Below are positions 20,154 to 29,768 of a DNA stretch of 64,000 nt, in pieces; position 1 is the stretch's first letter, and each line of letters begins with the position of its first letter. Under the pieces are notes generated by a model. That model was not told the origin of the DNA, did no database searches, and saw only the letters and a program-made list of their open reading frames with translations. The stretch comes from a bacterium (lineage in GTDB: Bacteria > Actinomycetota > Acidimicrobiia > Spongiisociales > JAENVV01). The position numbers and the translations under genes were made by a program. The stretch covers positions 32,174 through 96,173 of the forward strand of contig JAHEDI010000009.1 of NCBI GenBank assembly GCA_024641305.1. Direction: 5' to 3'.

Positions 20154-21050
20154 ATGAGAATTGGACTCATCAATCAGTTGCACGGTGCGCCTGATGCGCC
20201 CCGACCCACACCCACCTGGGCATCGATTAGCGAGCGAGCCAGAGTCGCTGAGTTCTGTGGGTTCGATTCGTTTGTGTTCGAGGATGCCCTGTTGTATCGG
20301 GATTCGGTCACGCAAGGGTGCTGGGAATCGTTCTCGATCGCAGCCGCCCTGGCGGCCACAACCAGCACAATCGAGATCGGTCAGTCGGTCGTCAATGCCC
20401 CTTACCGGTCCCCTGCCCTGACAGCCAAGATGGCCGAGACCATCGATGAAATATCCGGCGGTCGCTATATCTTCGGACTGGGAGCCGGCAATACCGACGA
20501 CTCCGACTACGAGGCGTACGGCTTTCCAACCGACAGGCGCTATTCCCGTTTCGCCGAGGCTATCGCGATCATTCACGGTCTGCTCAAGAACGGCGCAATC
20601 GACTACGACGGCCAGTTCCACTCCGCCCGCCGATCTGAACTCGTGTTACGCGGCCCTCGTTCTGGAGGACCACCCATCGTCATCGCCGGTGGAGCTCCCA
20701 AGATGCTCCGACTCGTGGCCAAATACGCCGATGGTTGGAACTGGTGGACGGGAGATCCTGGGAGTGCTGCCACCACGCTCGGGCCGATTGTCGATGAGCT
20801 TGAGATCGCCTGCCAGGAGGTCGGCCGCGATCCCGCGTCGCTGTTCCGGTCACTCGACGTGTACTCCGTCGACGCCACGAACGTCTCCGGTTCGGCCGAG
20901 GTCATTAGCGGTCCACCGGAACACATTGCCGAAACCCTCGTCAGATTCGGGGCCCTCGGCTTTGATGAAGTGCGCTGCGACGTCTACCCGAAAACCATTG
21001 AGGCTATCGAGGCAATGTCCAAAGTCGTCCAGTTGGTCCATGCGGCGTAG
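20154..21050 (+). CDS. LLM-class (luciferase-like) flavin-dependent oxidoreductase
   Basis: GFDSFVFED, AAALAATT, TIDEISGGRYIFGLGAG, PPIVIAGGAPKMLRLVAKYADGWN. GGAGG RBS before 20154. Confidence 0.88.
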   Translation: MRIGLINQLHGAPDAPRPTPTWASISERARVAEFCGFDSFVFEDALLYRDSVTQGCWESFSIAAALAATTSTIEIGQSVVNAPYRSPALTAKMAETIDEISGGRYIFGLGAGNTDDSDYEAYGFPTDRRYSRFAEAIAIIHGLLKNGAIDYDGQFHSARRSELVLRGPRSGGPPIVIAGGAPKMLRLVAKYADGWNWWTGDPGSAATTLGPIVDELEIACQEVGRDPASLFRSLDVYSVDATNVSGSAEVISGPPEHIAETLVRFGALGFDEVRCDVYPKTIEAIEAMSKVVQLVHAA

Positions 21051-21077
21051 ATCACGAGTCTGACGTACGATGGCGAG

Positions 21078-21533
21078 ATGATCGGATTCTCCCAACAGAT
21101 CGACGTACGTGGGGCGCCGCATGTGGTGTTCGAACTACTCGGCGACATGAACGACCTTGACCTTTGGAACCCGAGCGTATCTAGTTCGCGTCGAACCCAA
21201 GGCGACCGCTGGGAACTCGGGTCGCGGTATGAGTCGACGGTCGTCCGCGGTCCCATCGAAATGTCCGCCAAGTCGACGCTTGTGGCTATCGAGTCTGGGC
21301 GAACCGTCCGCTACGAGGGTTCAATCGGCCCGTTCTGGTCGGTAGACACGTTGAACTTCCGACCGTCCCGATTGGGAACCCAGATCACGTTCCATAACCA
21401 GACCGGAACGCCTCCTTGGATGCGGCCGTTTCATCCGTTACTCCATGCTCTGTTCCAACGACAAGCCAAACGGGCCGTCAACGGTGCTCTTGACTATGTG
21501 GCTACTCACCCCGAAGACCCAGAGTTGGCCTGA
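21078..21533 (+). CDS. SRPBCC (polyketide cyclase/START-like) family protein
   Basis: IDVRGAPHVVFELLGD...LWNP N-terminal signature and C-terminal helix. Confidence 0.75.
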   Translation: MIGFSQQIDVRGAPHVVFELLGDMNDLDLWNPSVSSSRRTQGDRWELGSRYESTVVRGPIEMSAKSTLVAIESGRTVRYEGSIGPFWSVDTLNFRPSRLGTQITFHNQTGTPPWMRPFHPLLHALFQRQAKRAVNGALDYVATHPEDPELA

Positions 21534-21543
21534 CTCGACCCGG

Positions 21544-21571
21544 TGTCACCCGAACGCAAGATTGCTTCGTC
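21544..21571 (+). promoter_or_regulatory. Candidate ECF-sigma promoter (TGTCAC...CGTC)
   Basis: TGTCACC-N17-CGTC about 50 nt upstream of the 21620 start; close to the ECF41-type TGTCACA-N16-CGTC consensus as recalled. Confidence 0.35.
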
Positions 21572-21619
21572 TGTACTCACGAGGGGCTGCACCGTGCGCC
21601 CCACAAGGAGGTAACTCGT

Positions 21620-22204
21620 ATGGCGACGCAAACCGAACAAATGCCTGCGATCGAGCGGAGGTCCGGAACGAACATCATTGCCGCCGGCGTGCTGTGGCTG
21701 GCTGCCCTGGGCTTGGCAATCGCTGCGGACGTCCTGGAAGCCACGTCGGGTGCGTTCGACGGGACGGCGGAGACCCTCTGGGGCATCATGACAGTCGCCA
21801 TCGTGACCGCAGGGTTGCTGACCGTCGCAGGTTTGGCCGGCCTCCGAAGAGACCTCGTTATGGGTAGGGCCGGAATGGTCGGCCTGATCCTCGCCGGGCT
21901 CGGCAGCGCCTTCGGCGTCGTGGCGTGGGCGTACCCAATCTGGGGCGGCCTCCTCGGAATCGGGATGCTCATATTCAGTCTCGCACTCATCCGACAGGGT
22001 CAGGCGCCTCGCTGGGCCGCCACCTCATTCGGGTTTGGGATGCTGACCGGCATCGCGATCTTCTTTCTTCTCGCCCTGCTCAAGGTTGGCTCTATCAACT
22101 CGTATGGTGATTACCCGGTTGCCAGCAATATTGGAGCAGCCGTCATGTTGGCAACCAGTGCGCTTGGCTCAATCGGGGTTGGACGGTGGCTCAACAGCCG
22201 CTGA
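21620..22204 (+). CDS. Integral membrane protein of unknown function (5-6 TM)
   Basis: Strong AAGGAGGT RBS; alternating hydrophobic helices. Confidence 0.75.
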   Translation: MATQTEQMPAIERRSGTNIIAAGVLWLAALGLAIAADVLEATSGAFDGTAETLWGIMTVAIVTAGLLTVAGLAGLRRDLVMGRAGMVGLILAGLGSAFGVVAWAYPIWGGLLGIGMLIFSLALIRQGQAPRWAATSFGFGMLTGIAIFFLLALLKVGSINSYGDYPVASNIGAAVMLATSALGSIGVGRWLNSR

Positions 22205-22270
22205 CCAGAAGCCGCTTGTCGGCATGGACGACGGGCCGACCGGTGTCAACTTGCCTGTAACCTGTTCAGG

Positions 22271-22612
22271 ATGAGCCCTGCCCCAGAACCGAAGTCCGCT
22301 ACCGAGGCCCTCAAGGAGTGCGACGCCGCGCTCGTCAAGCTCGACAAAACCTGTTGCGATCCGGGGCGAAGCCCTCAGATGGCAGCCTTGGCGGCCACGC
22401 TCGCCAGCGCCCGAAGCTTCGTCGAGCTGAGCGCCGCCGATCCAACCCTGGCGAGTCGGGCCATTGCCGAACTTGAAGATGCCGGCGCCCAGGTCGGACG
22501 TCTCCAGGTTGGTTGTTGTGCCCCGAACCGCATGCCTCTGTACGTCACAATCCTGGGCGGACTCACCGAGTCCCAACTTCGTCTCAACGCATCGCTCGGT
22601 CTCGGCCACTAA
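22271..22612 (+). CDS. Small helical protein with two CCxPxRxP motifs
   Basis: 113 aa; KTCCDPGRSP and VGCCAPNRMP 54 residues apart, each embedded between helices. Confidence 0.7.
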   Translation: MSPAPEPKSATEALKECDAALVKLDKTCCDPGRSPQMAALAATLASARSFVELSAADPTLASRAIAELEDAGAQVGRLQVGCCAPNRMPLYVTILGGLTESQLRLNASLGLGH

Positions 22613-22717
22613 GTCCAACCCCGCCCATTTGTTGATCGAGTGTGCATACGATGTGGACTATCCAGTCTGGATGCACACTCGTCCGGGCGGACGGTCGACG
22701 GTGATAGCCTTCCGACG

Positions 22718-23506
22718 ATGACACCACCTCTCTTCTCGCTCGAAGGCCGAACCGCGCTCATCACCGGGTCCGGCAGCCCAACCGGCATCGGGTTTGCCTC
22801 CGCCCGGATGCTGGCTTCCCTTGGAGCTCGCGTGGCGGTGACCTCGACGACCGAACGAATCCACAAGCGGGTATCTGAACTACGAAGTCTGGGATTTGAG
22901 GCGTTCGGTACCGTCGGTGATCTGACCGACGAACGGACCGTCGAACGGATCACCGATCAGTCATTATCTGCGTTCGGCTCCGTGGACATTCTCGTGAACA
23001 ACGCCGGCATGACAAGCGTCAGCCAGCCAGGAGACGAAGAAGCCGGTGAGGTGGCAGAGCTCCCCTATTCACAGTGGCGGGCCTCGATCGAACGAAATCT
23101 CGATACGGCCTTCCTAATGTCCCGGGCATCCATACCCCGGATGCGGCAGGCGGGATGGGGCCGGATCATCTCGGTCGGGAGCGTTACCGGGCCGGTCATG
23201 GCGATGCGAAAAGACCCGGCCTACGCAGCTTCCAAGGCGGCCATCGTCGGTCTGACCAAATCACTTGCCGTCGATAACGCTAGCCACGGTATTACTGCCA
23301 ATGTGGTGGCACCCGGTTGGATCGAAACCGGCTCGCAGACCGCCAACGAACGATCAGAGGGCTTGGCCACACCGATCGGTCGAAGCGCTACGCCTGACGA
23401 AGTGGCCAGTGCAGTTGCCTGGCTCGCCACGCCGGGGGCGGGCTACATCACGGGCCAGTGTCTGATCGTCGATGGTGGGAACTCCGTCGCAGAGGAACGC
23501 TCGTAG
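22718..23506 (+). CDS. SDR family oxidoreductase (FabG-like)
   Basis: ITGSGSPTGIG, LVNNAG, YAASKAA (YxxxK), VAPGWIET, VDGG. Confidence 0.92.
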   Translation: MTPPLFSLEGRTALITGSGSPTGIGFASARMLASLGARVAVTSTTERIHKRVSELRSLGFEAFGTVGDLTDERTVERITDQSLSAFGSVDILVNNAGMTSVSQPGDEEAGEVAELPYSQWRASIERNLDTAFLMSRASIPRMRQAGWGRIISVGSVTGPVMAMRKDPAYAASKAAIVGLTKSLAVDNASHGITANVVAPGWIETGSQTANERSEGLATPIGRSATPDEVASAVAWLATPGAGYITGQCLIVDGGNSVAEERS

Positions 23507-23636
23507 CCAAAGACTGGCGAGTGCCCCACTAACGGACCGAGCTAACACAGCGAGCAGGCCTCGGACGCAGACCAGGTCCATGGCCTCTGATTCGGTACAT
23601 CACTCCGACGGATACTGAGTTTGAAAGGAGTGGATC

Positions 23637-24446
23637 ATGCGACAGAGATCTATCGCGTTGCTTGCTCTGCTACTCACAGCATGCGGCACCGATGGAAGCG
23701 TCACGACGACCCTTGGATCATTGCCCACCGACCCGGCCATCATTACGAGCATCCCGGCGGTCGCATTGACTGCGACTCAACCGACAACTCCGCCTCCACC
23801 AATTGAGCCTGTCGATCAGGTCGCGCGCAGTATCACCGTTGGCGGCATGGGTGCCGAATACGCAGAACCTGTGCGATGCATTGTTGACATCGGAGTCACG
23901 AGTCGCCGAACGACCGTAGAAGAATCCAGCCAGGCAGCAACGGCGGCGGCATCGGCCATGATGGACGCTCTACAGGCGACCGGAGTTGAATCGGCCGATA
24001 TCCAGACGTCGGAATTCTCGGTTGGGGCCGTCTACGGCTACTACACCGAGTGGCCTGAGATAACCGGATACGAGACCCGGCTTGGCTACCGTGTGGCGAT
24101 CCCTGACGTCAGCGGGATCGGCCCGATCCTGACCAGCGCCATCAAGGCCGGCGGCGATGATGTGACAGCCTGGGGAATCCGATTCGAAGCCGATCCGCTT
24201 CCCCTGATGGAAGGCGCCCGTTCCCATGCTTGGGCTGATGTGAGGGCCAGGGCCGAATCTCTGGCATCCCTCGCAGGAGAACCGTTGGGAGAGGTACTGG
24301 ACATCCACGAGAAGGTACTCGTGACTTCTCCGCAGGGGATGATGCAAGGTGGGGAAGGCGACTCGGCATCATTCGACATTCCGGTTTCCCCAGGAGTATC
24401 CGGGGTGGTCATTTTGTTGACCGTCACGTTCGCCATCGGCGACTGA
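23637..24446 (+). CDS. SIMPL (DUF541) domain lipoprotein
   Basis: Lipobox LTAC, Thr/Pro linker, RSITVGG, DIQTSEFSV, RARAESLASLAG. AAAGGAG RBS. Confidence 0.85.
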   Translation: MRQRSIALLALLLTACGTDGSVTTTLGSLPTDPAIITSIPAVALTATQPTTPPPPIEPVDQVARSITVGGMGAEYAEPVRCIVDIGVTSRRTTVEESSQAATAAASAMMDALQATGVESADIQTSEFSVGAVYGYYTEWPEITGYETRLGYRVAIPDVSGIGPILTSAIKAGGDDVTAWGIRFEADPLPLMEGARSHAWADVRARAESLASLAGEPLGEVLDIHEKVLVTSPQGMMQGGEGDSASFDIPVSPGVSGVVILLTVTFAIGD

Positions 24447-24458
24447 CCGCGGTGACGC

Positions 24459-24487
24459 GGGAGCGGCCCCCAATGGAGGCCTCTCCC
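24459..24487. terminator. Hairpin between convergent genes
   Basis: GGGAGCGGCC-N9-GGCCTCTCCC (one mismatch) between the stops at 24446 and 24508. Confidence 0.5.
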
Positions 24488-24507
24488 ATCATCAACTTCG
24501 CTCTACG

Positions 24508-24819
24508 TCAGTCGCACCAAGCGAACAGTTCTGGACTGTCCAGGTGGAGTTGAAAGACCTGGTTGATCGGCAGGTAGGCCTCATTGCCAAGATCGGCACG
24601 AATAAGGCCCTCGTACGCCGTGCCCGAGTTGATATCAAACGCTGCGTAATTGACCTGCCCCTTGGCAGCGGCCTTGAAAGCCCCGAGTGAACGGAGGGTG
24701 GCCTGTCCGGCGCGAAGGCAATCGGTGTCCGGAGTCCGAGGAGCGGCCAGTGCTGGCGCGGCGGTGATACCAACCGCCATGGCGGCAATCAGAACGAGTG
24801 AGCTCAGACGATGTTTCAT
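24508..24819 (-). CDS. Small secreted protein with two Cys
   Basis: Signal peptide MKHRLSSLVLIAAMAVGITAAPALA; AGGAGAAGG RBS; Cys near both ends of the mature part. Confidence 0.75.
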   Translation of the reverse strand: MKHRLSSLVLIAAMAVGITAAPALAAPRTPDTDCLRAGQATLRSLGAFKAAAKGQVNYAAFDINSGTAYEGLIRADLGNEAYLPINQVFQLHLDSPELFAWCD

Positions 24820-24939
24820 GCTTGTTCCCTTCTCCTGAGGTTCCCTTTGAACCTCTATTTAGTGATAAATACGGAGCCGGTCGGAATGTGGATGAGCCAT
24901 CGTGTCCACGAGCTAGCGTTGGACCAACAGGAGGGTGCT

Positions 24940-25149
24940 GTGCCAGAACGTCACGACCGGAAACGAGCCTCGGTGGCCGACAACGTGGAGCGGCAGACCG
25001 GCCAATCGCTCGATGACTGGATCGAAGTCATAGGAGAAAGCGGCTTGACGGCCTTTGGGACGATCGTCGATTGGCTCAAACGAGAGCATGGTCTCGGAAA
25101 GTCTCACGCCCGATTGGTCGCAGAAGCGCATCGCGATCACAGCACCTGA
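24940..25149 (+). CDS. DUF4287-like small protein
   Basis: NVERQTGQSLDDW...IVDWLKREHGLGKSHARLV pattern. GGAGG before the GTG at 24940. Confidence 0.75.
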   Translation: MPERHDRKRASVADNVERQTGQSLDDWIEVIGESGLTAFGTIVDWLKREHGLGKSHARLVAEAHRDHST

Positions 25150-25214
25150 ACGCTCAGTCCTCTGGCGGGCACGAACCTCTCGCCTGACGTCCACCCCAAC
25201 CCGAAGGGCACGCC

Positions 25215-25580
25215 ATGCCACCGAGATTGACCGTTGCCGCAACCGTACTTGGAGCTCCCGATGCCAGGGCACTGGCGTCGTTCTACCGACAACTGCTCGG
25301 CTGGGATGTCAAGGTTGAGGAGGCCAACTGGGTGATGTTGAAGCCGCCAGGCGGCGGAACCGGTTTGTCGTTTCAAACTGAAACCGAATACGTGCGGCCC
25401 GTGTGGCCAAGCGGACCTGGCGATCAGCAGATAATGGTCCATCTCGACATTTCGACCGACGATCTCGCCGCAGCTGTCGACTGGGCAATCGGTGCGGGGG
25501 CGGTCCTCGCCGACCATCAACCGCAAGAGGACGTACGCGTCATGCTGGACCCGGCCGGCCACCCGTTCTGCCTTTTCTAG
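25215..25580 (+). CDS. VOC/glyoxalase family protein
   Basis: LASFYRQLLGW, LSFQ, VHLDI and VMLDPAGHPFCL. Confidence 0.9.
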   Translation: MPPRLTVAATVLGAPDARALASFYRQLLGWDVKVEEANWVMLKPPGGGTGLSFQTETEYVRPVWPSGPGDQQIMVHLDISTDDLAAAVDWAIGAGAVLADHQPQEDVRVMLDPAGHPFCLF

Positions 25581-25685
25581 GCGCGAACACGGTGTCTTCC
25601 GACCGGTCGGTCCCGACCATCTTTGCTCACGTTTGAACAGGCGTGTACAATTCGGCGTGATGCCTCTCGTGACCCTCGCTCACCC

Positions 25686-26309
25686 GTGAATCAAGCGCAA
25701 CGCCGGATTCATGAGGCCGCTATCCGCCTGTTCGCCGAGCACGGCAACCAGCGCGTTTCGGTTAGCGATCTCGCCCAGGCCGCCGGAGTGGCCCGCGGAA
25801 CGATATATAACAACATCGAATCCCCCGAGTACCTCTTTGAGCAGGTGGCCGCCCAACTCGCTGCCGAAATGCATGAACGAGTGACCGGCTGCGATCAGAA
25901 CTCAGATCCGGCCCACCGGCTCGCCAACGACATCCGGTTCTTCGTGCGGCGCGCCCATGAAGAACCGCAGTGGGGTTGGTTCGTCTACCGCTTCGGGATC
26001 AACAACGACTCGTTGCGCGACCTCCTCAACGGGACGCCGATGCGGGCTGTCACCAAAGGCGTCGACCGACATCGCTATGACCTTCGGGAGGAGTTGCTTC
26101 CGGGGGCCATGGCCATGATCGCCGGAACGACCCTCACGGCAATGTGGATGGTGCTCGAAGGCCACCAGACTTGGCGAGAAGCTGGTTCGGGTGCCGCAGA
26201 ACTCGTCCTGCGCAGCTTCGGCATCGATCCGAGTGAAGCACGGCGTCTCGCTGAAACCGACCTCCCTCCCCTGCCGCCCACCTCCCCGGATTTGCATGTT
26301 GTTTCATAA
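25686..26309 (+). CDS. TetR/AcrR family regulator
   Basis: [14 protein letters not shown]...[22 protein letters not shown]; directly precedes fadA-fadB. Confidence 0.88.
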   Translation: MNQAQRRIHEAAIRLFAEHGNQRVSVSDLAQAAGVARGTIYNNIESPEYLFEQVAAQLAAEMHERVTGCDQNSDPAHRLANDIRFFVRRAHEEPQWGWFVYRFGINNDSLRDLLNGTPMRAVTKGVDRHRYDLREELLPGAMAMIAGTTLTAMWMVLEGHQTWREAGSGAAELVLRSFGIDPSEARRLAETDLPPLPPTSPDLHVVS

Positions 26310-26332
26310 CCAAACCATCAGGAGATGTACTC

Positions 26333-27544
26333 ATGGCTGACGCCTACATTTACGATGCCGTTCGCACCCCACGTGGTCGCGGCAAGAACACCGGCGCATT
26401 GCACACCACCAAACCAGTCACTCTCGTAACCGGATTGTTGAATGCGATCCGCGAACGCCACCCCCACCTCGATCCCGCCTCCGTTGACGACATCGTGCTC
26501 GGCACCGTTGAGCCCCACGTAGAGCAGGGTGGCGTGCTCGCCCGCACGGCCGCCCTCGCTGCAGGGTTTTCCGAGACCGTTCCTGGCGTCCAACTAAACC
26601 GGTACTGCGGGTCCGGATTGGAAGCCGTCAACCAGGCCGCCGCCCGGGTGCGGGCGGGGTGGGAGGACGTGATCCTGGCTGGCGGATCCGAATCGATGTC
26701 CCGGGTCGCAATCGGCTCGGGGGGAGATCCGTGGGCGATGGACCCGGCTACCAACTACGAGACGTCGTTCGTCCCGCAGGGCATCAGCGCCGACCTCATT
26801 GCCACGATCGAAGGATTCACCCGTCACGACGTCGACGCATTCGCGGTCGAGTCGCAAGGCCGGGCTGCCAAAGCTTGGGCGGACGGCCGGTTCGACCGTT
26901 CGATCATTCCGGTCGTCGACATCGCCGGCCAAGTGGTCCTCGACCGGGACGAACACATGCGCCCCGGTACGAGCATGGACGACCTAGCCAAGTTGCCGCC
27001 CGCATTTTCTGCAATGGGTCAGATGGGCGGTTTCGACGCCGTTGCACTACAGAAGTACACGCGGGTCGAGGAAATCAACCATGTCCACACGGCTGGCAAT
27101 TCCTCGGGCATCGTCGACGGGGCCGCGCTGGTTGTGGTCGGCAGCCAGGAAGCAGGAAAGAAGTACGGAATGCAGGCAAGGGCTCGCGTCGTCTCGGTCG
27201 GAGTGGTTGGCGCCGAGCCGACCATCATGTTGACCGGACCCGCTCCAGCCTGCCGGAAGGCTCTTACCAAAGCGGGGATGACCGTTGGCGATATCGACCT
27301 CATCGAAATCAACGAAGCGTTCGCGTCGGTCGCACTCAAGTTGATGCGCGACCTCGGTGTCGATCACGACATCACCAACGTCAACGGAGGGGCCATCGCC
27401 ATGGGACACCCGCTGGGAGCCACCGGGGCCATGCTGCTTGGCACGATGGTCGACGAGTTAGAGCGTCGGGACCTGAACACCGCACTCATCACATTGTGCA
27501 TTGGTGGCGGCATGGGGATCGCCACCATCATTGAGCGAGTCTGA
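26333..27544 (+). CDS. fadA: Acetyl-CoA C-acyltransferase (thiolase)
   Basis: [10 protein letters not shown] (catalytic Cys), [19 protein letters not shown] and LCIGGGMG. Confidence 0.93.
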   Translation: MADAYIYDAVRTPRGRGKNTGALHTTKPVTLVTGLLNAIRERHPHLDPASVDDIVLGTVEPHVEQGGVLARTAALAAGFSETVPGVQLNRYCGSGLEAVNQAAARVRAGWEDVILAGGSESMSRVAIGSGGDPWAMDPATNYETSFVPQGISADLIATIEGFTRHDVDAFAVESQGRAAKAWADGRFDRSIIPVVDIAGQVVLDRDEHMRPGTSMDDLAKLPPAFSAMGQMGGFDAVALQKYTRVEEINHVHTAGNSSGIVDGAALVVVGSQEAGKKYGMQARARVVSVGVVGAEPTIMLTGPAPACRKALTKAGMTVGDIDLIEINEAFASVALKLMRDLGVDHDITNVNGGAIAMGHPLGATGAMLLGTMVDELERRDLNTALITLCIGGGMGIATIIERV

Positions 27545-27559
27545 ACGGAAACCGTGACC

Positions 27560-29761
27560 ATGAACCTTGAAACGATCCAGTACAACCAGGACGAAAACGG
27601 CCTCGTTACGTTGACGCTTGACGACCCACAACAGTCGGCCAACACGATGCGTCGGCAATTCGTCGAGGACTACATCGCCGTCGTCGACCATATCGAGGTC
27701 AACAAGGCCGACATCTCCGGTGTGCTCATCACGTCGGCAAAACCGACATTCTTCGCCGGAGGAGATCTCCGTGAGCTGATCGCCGCCACCCCCGACGACG
27801 CTCCTGCATTCGTCGAATTCTCAAACCGGTTAAAGCGTGCCATGCGAGCCCTCGAAACACTGGGGATGCCCGTTGTTGCGGCGATCAATGGAGCGGCACT
27901 CGGCGGCGGGCTCGAGATCGCCCTGGCCTGCCACTACCGGGTAGCGATGGACAACCCGTCGACTCGCATCGGCCTTCCCGAGGTGACCCTGGGGTTGCTT
28001 CCCGGCGGAGGTGGGGTCGTGAGAACGGTTCGACTACTTGGGGTCATCGAAGCCCTGACGAAAGTACTCATCCAGGGCCAGCAGATGCGGGTGGCAGATG
28101 CCAAAGCCGTCGGACTGGTCGACGAGATCGCCGCCGACTCCGATGCCATGCTGTCTGCTGGCAAGGCCTGGATTGTCGCGAACCCCAAGGCGACTCAGCC
28201 ATGGGACGCCCGCGGCTACAAGATGCCAGGTGGGACCCCAACCCATCCCATGCTGGCCGCCAACCTGCCGGCCATTCCGGCGACGTTGAGGGCGCAGACG
28301 AAGGGCGCCCATTACGACGCGCCACACCACATCATGTCGGCAGCCGTCGAAGGTGCATCGGTGGACATCAATCGGGCGTTCGAGATCGAAACTCGCTATT
28401 TCGTCGACCTGGTGTGCCACTCGCCCCAGGCCAAGAACATGACGCAGGCGTTTTTCTTCGACCTCCAGGCGATCAACAAGGGAGGCTCACGTCCCGACGG
28501 TTTCGAACGCTGGTCTGCCACCAGGGTGGCGGTGCTTGGCGCCGGCATGATGGGGGCAGGTATCGCCTATCAATGCGCCCGATCAGGGATTGACGTTGTG
28601 CTCAAAGATGTCTCACTTGAAGCGGCCGAGAAGGGCAAGGCATACAGCGAGAACCTGGTCACGAAAGCAGTCAAGCGGGGCAAGCTCAGCCAGGACAAAG
28701 CCAATGCCCACTTGAACCGAATCACCCCAACCGACTCCTACGAGAACCTGGCGGGCTGTGATCTGGTAATCGAAGCCGTATTCGAATCACCGGACCTGAA
28801 GAAACAGGTCTTTGCCGACACCGAATCTGTCGTGGCGGCCGACGCACTCTTGTGTTCAAACACGTCAACGTTGCCGATCACCGATCTGGCGACCGGCGTT
28901 TCACGACCGCAGGACTTTATCGGGCTGCACTTCTTCTCACCGGTCGACAAAATGCCCCTCGTCGAGATCATCGTCGGCAAGGAGACTTCGGACGCCGCTC
29001 TTGCCAAAGCTGTCGACCTCGTACTCCAGATCGGCAAGACTCCGATCGTCGTCAACGATTCCCGGGGGTTCTTTACGTCCCGGGTGATCGGTGGTTTCGT
29101 CAACGAGGCCATGGCCATGTTGACCGAAGGCATCAACCCGGTGATGATCGAGCGAGCCGGCAACCAGGCCGGGTATCCCGCTCCCCCGTTACAGCTCATG
29201 GATGAGCTGACCCTGACCCTGCCAGCCAAGATCATGGCGCAGAACCGGGCAGGGGCAGAAGCGGCCGGGGTCGAGTATGTCCCCCACCCCGCCGAAACGG
29301 TCGTCGAGCAAATGCTGGCCGCCGGACGAGCAGGCCGGTCCAGTGGTGCAGGTTTCTATGACTATGACGAGTCGGGGCAACGCCAGAAGCTATGGCCAGG
29401 ACTGTTTGAAATGTTCGGAATCGAGAACGACCGCCACTTGCAAGTCGACGACGAAGACCTGGTGAAAGACATGTCCGAGCGGATGCTCTTCGGAGAAGCG
29501 ATCGAAACGGTCAAATGCTTCGACGAAGGCGTCATCACGTCATACGCCGATGCCAATATCGGGTCGATCTTCGGAATCGGGTTCCCTCCATGGACCGGCG
29601 GGGTTGCCCAATACGTCGATCAGTACCCCGGCGGAACAACCGGCTTCGTAGCTCGCTGCAAGGAATTGTCTGATCGATATGGCGACCGGTTTATAGCACC
29701 AGCCTCTCTGGTGACCAAGGCTGATGGCGGCGAACCCTTCCGACCGCCCGGAGCCGGTTGA
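27560..29761 (+). CDS. fadB: Multifunctional enoyl-CoA hydratase/3-hydroxyacyl-CoA dehydrogenase
   Basis: [56 protein letters not shown]. Confidence 0.93.
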   Translation: MNLETIQYNQDENGLVTLTLDDPQQSANTMRRQFVEDYIAVVDHIEVNKADISGVLITSAKPTFFAGGDLRELIAATPDDAPAFVEFSNRLKRAMRALETLGMPVVAAINGAALGGGLEIALACHYRVAMDNPSTRIGLPEVTLGLLPGGGGVVRTVRLLGVIEALTKVLIQGQQMRVADAKAVGLVDEIAADSDAMLSAGKAWIVANPKATQPWDARGYKMPGGTPTHPMLAANLPAIPATLRAQTKGAHYDAPHHIMSAAVEGASVDINRAFEIETRYFVDLVCHSPQAKNMTQAFFFDLQAINKGGSRPDGFERWSATRVAVLGAGMMGAGIAYQCARSGIDVVLKDVSLEAAEKGKAYSENLVTKAVKRGKLSQDKANAHLNRITPTDSYENLAGCDLVIEAVFESPDLKKQVFADTESVVAADALLCSNTSTLPITDLATGVSRPQDFIGLHFFSPVDKMPLVEIIVGKETSDAALAKAVDLVLQIGKTPIVVNDSRGFFTSRVIGGFVNEAMAMLTEGINPVMIERAGNQAGYPAPPLQLMDELTLTLPAKIMAQNRAGAEAAGVEYVPHPAETVVEQMLAAGRAGRSSGAGFYDYDESGQRQKLWPGLFEMFGIENDRHLQVDDEDLVKDMSERMLFGEAIETVKCFDEGVITSYADANIGSIFGIGFPPWTGGVAQYVDQYPGGTTGFVARCKELSDRYGDRFIAPASLVTKADGGEPFRPPGAG

Positions 29762-29768
29762 ACCGGGC

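Noticed and set aside
22271-22612. Ni-superoxide dismutase or Csp copper-storage identity for the CC protein
   Set aside because: No HCxxPC hook, and too few Cys with no CxxxC ladder.
26659-27534. Long alternative-frame or antisense ORFs (for example 26659-27534, 59112-60014, 61313-62362, 48572-49366)
   Set aside because: Shadows of well-supported genes in high-GC DNA; no motifs.
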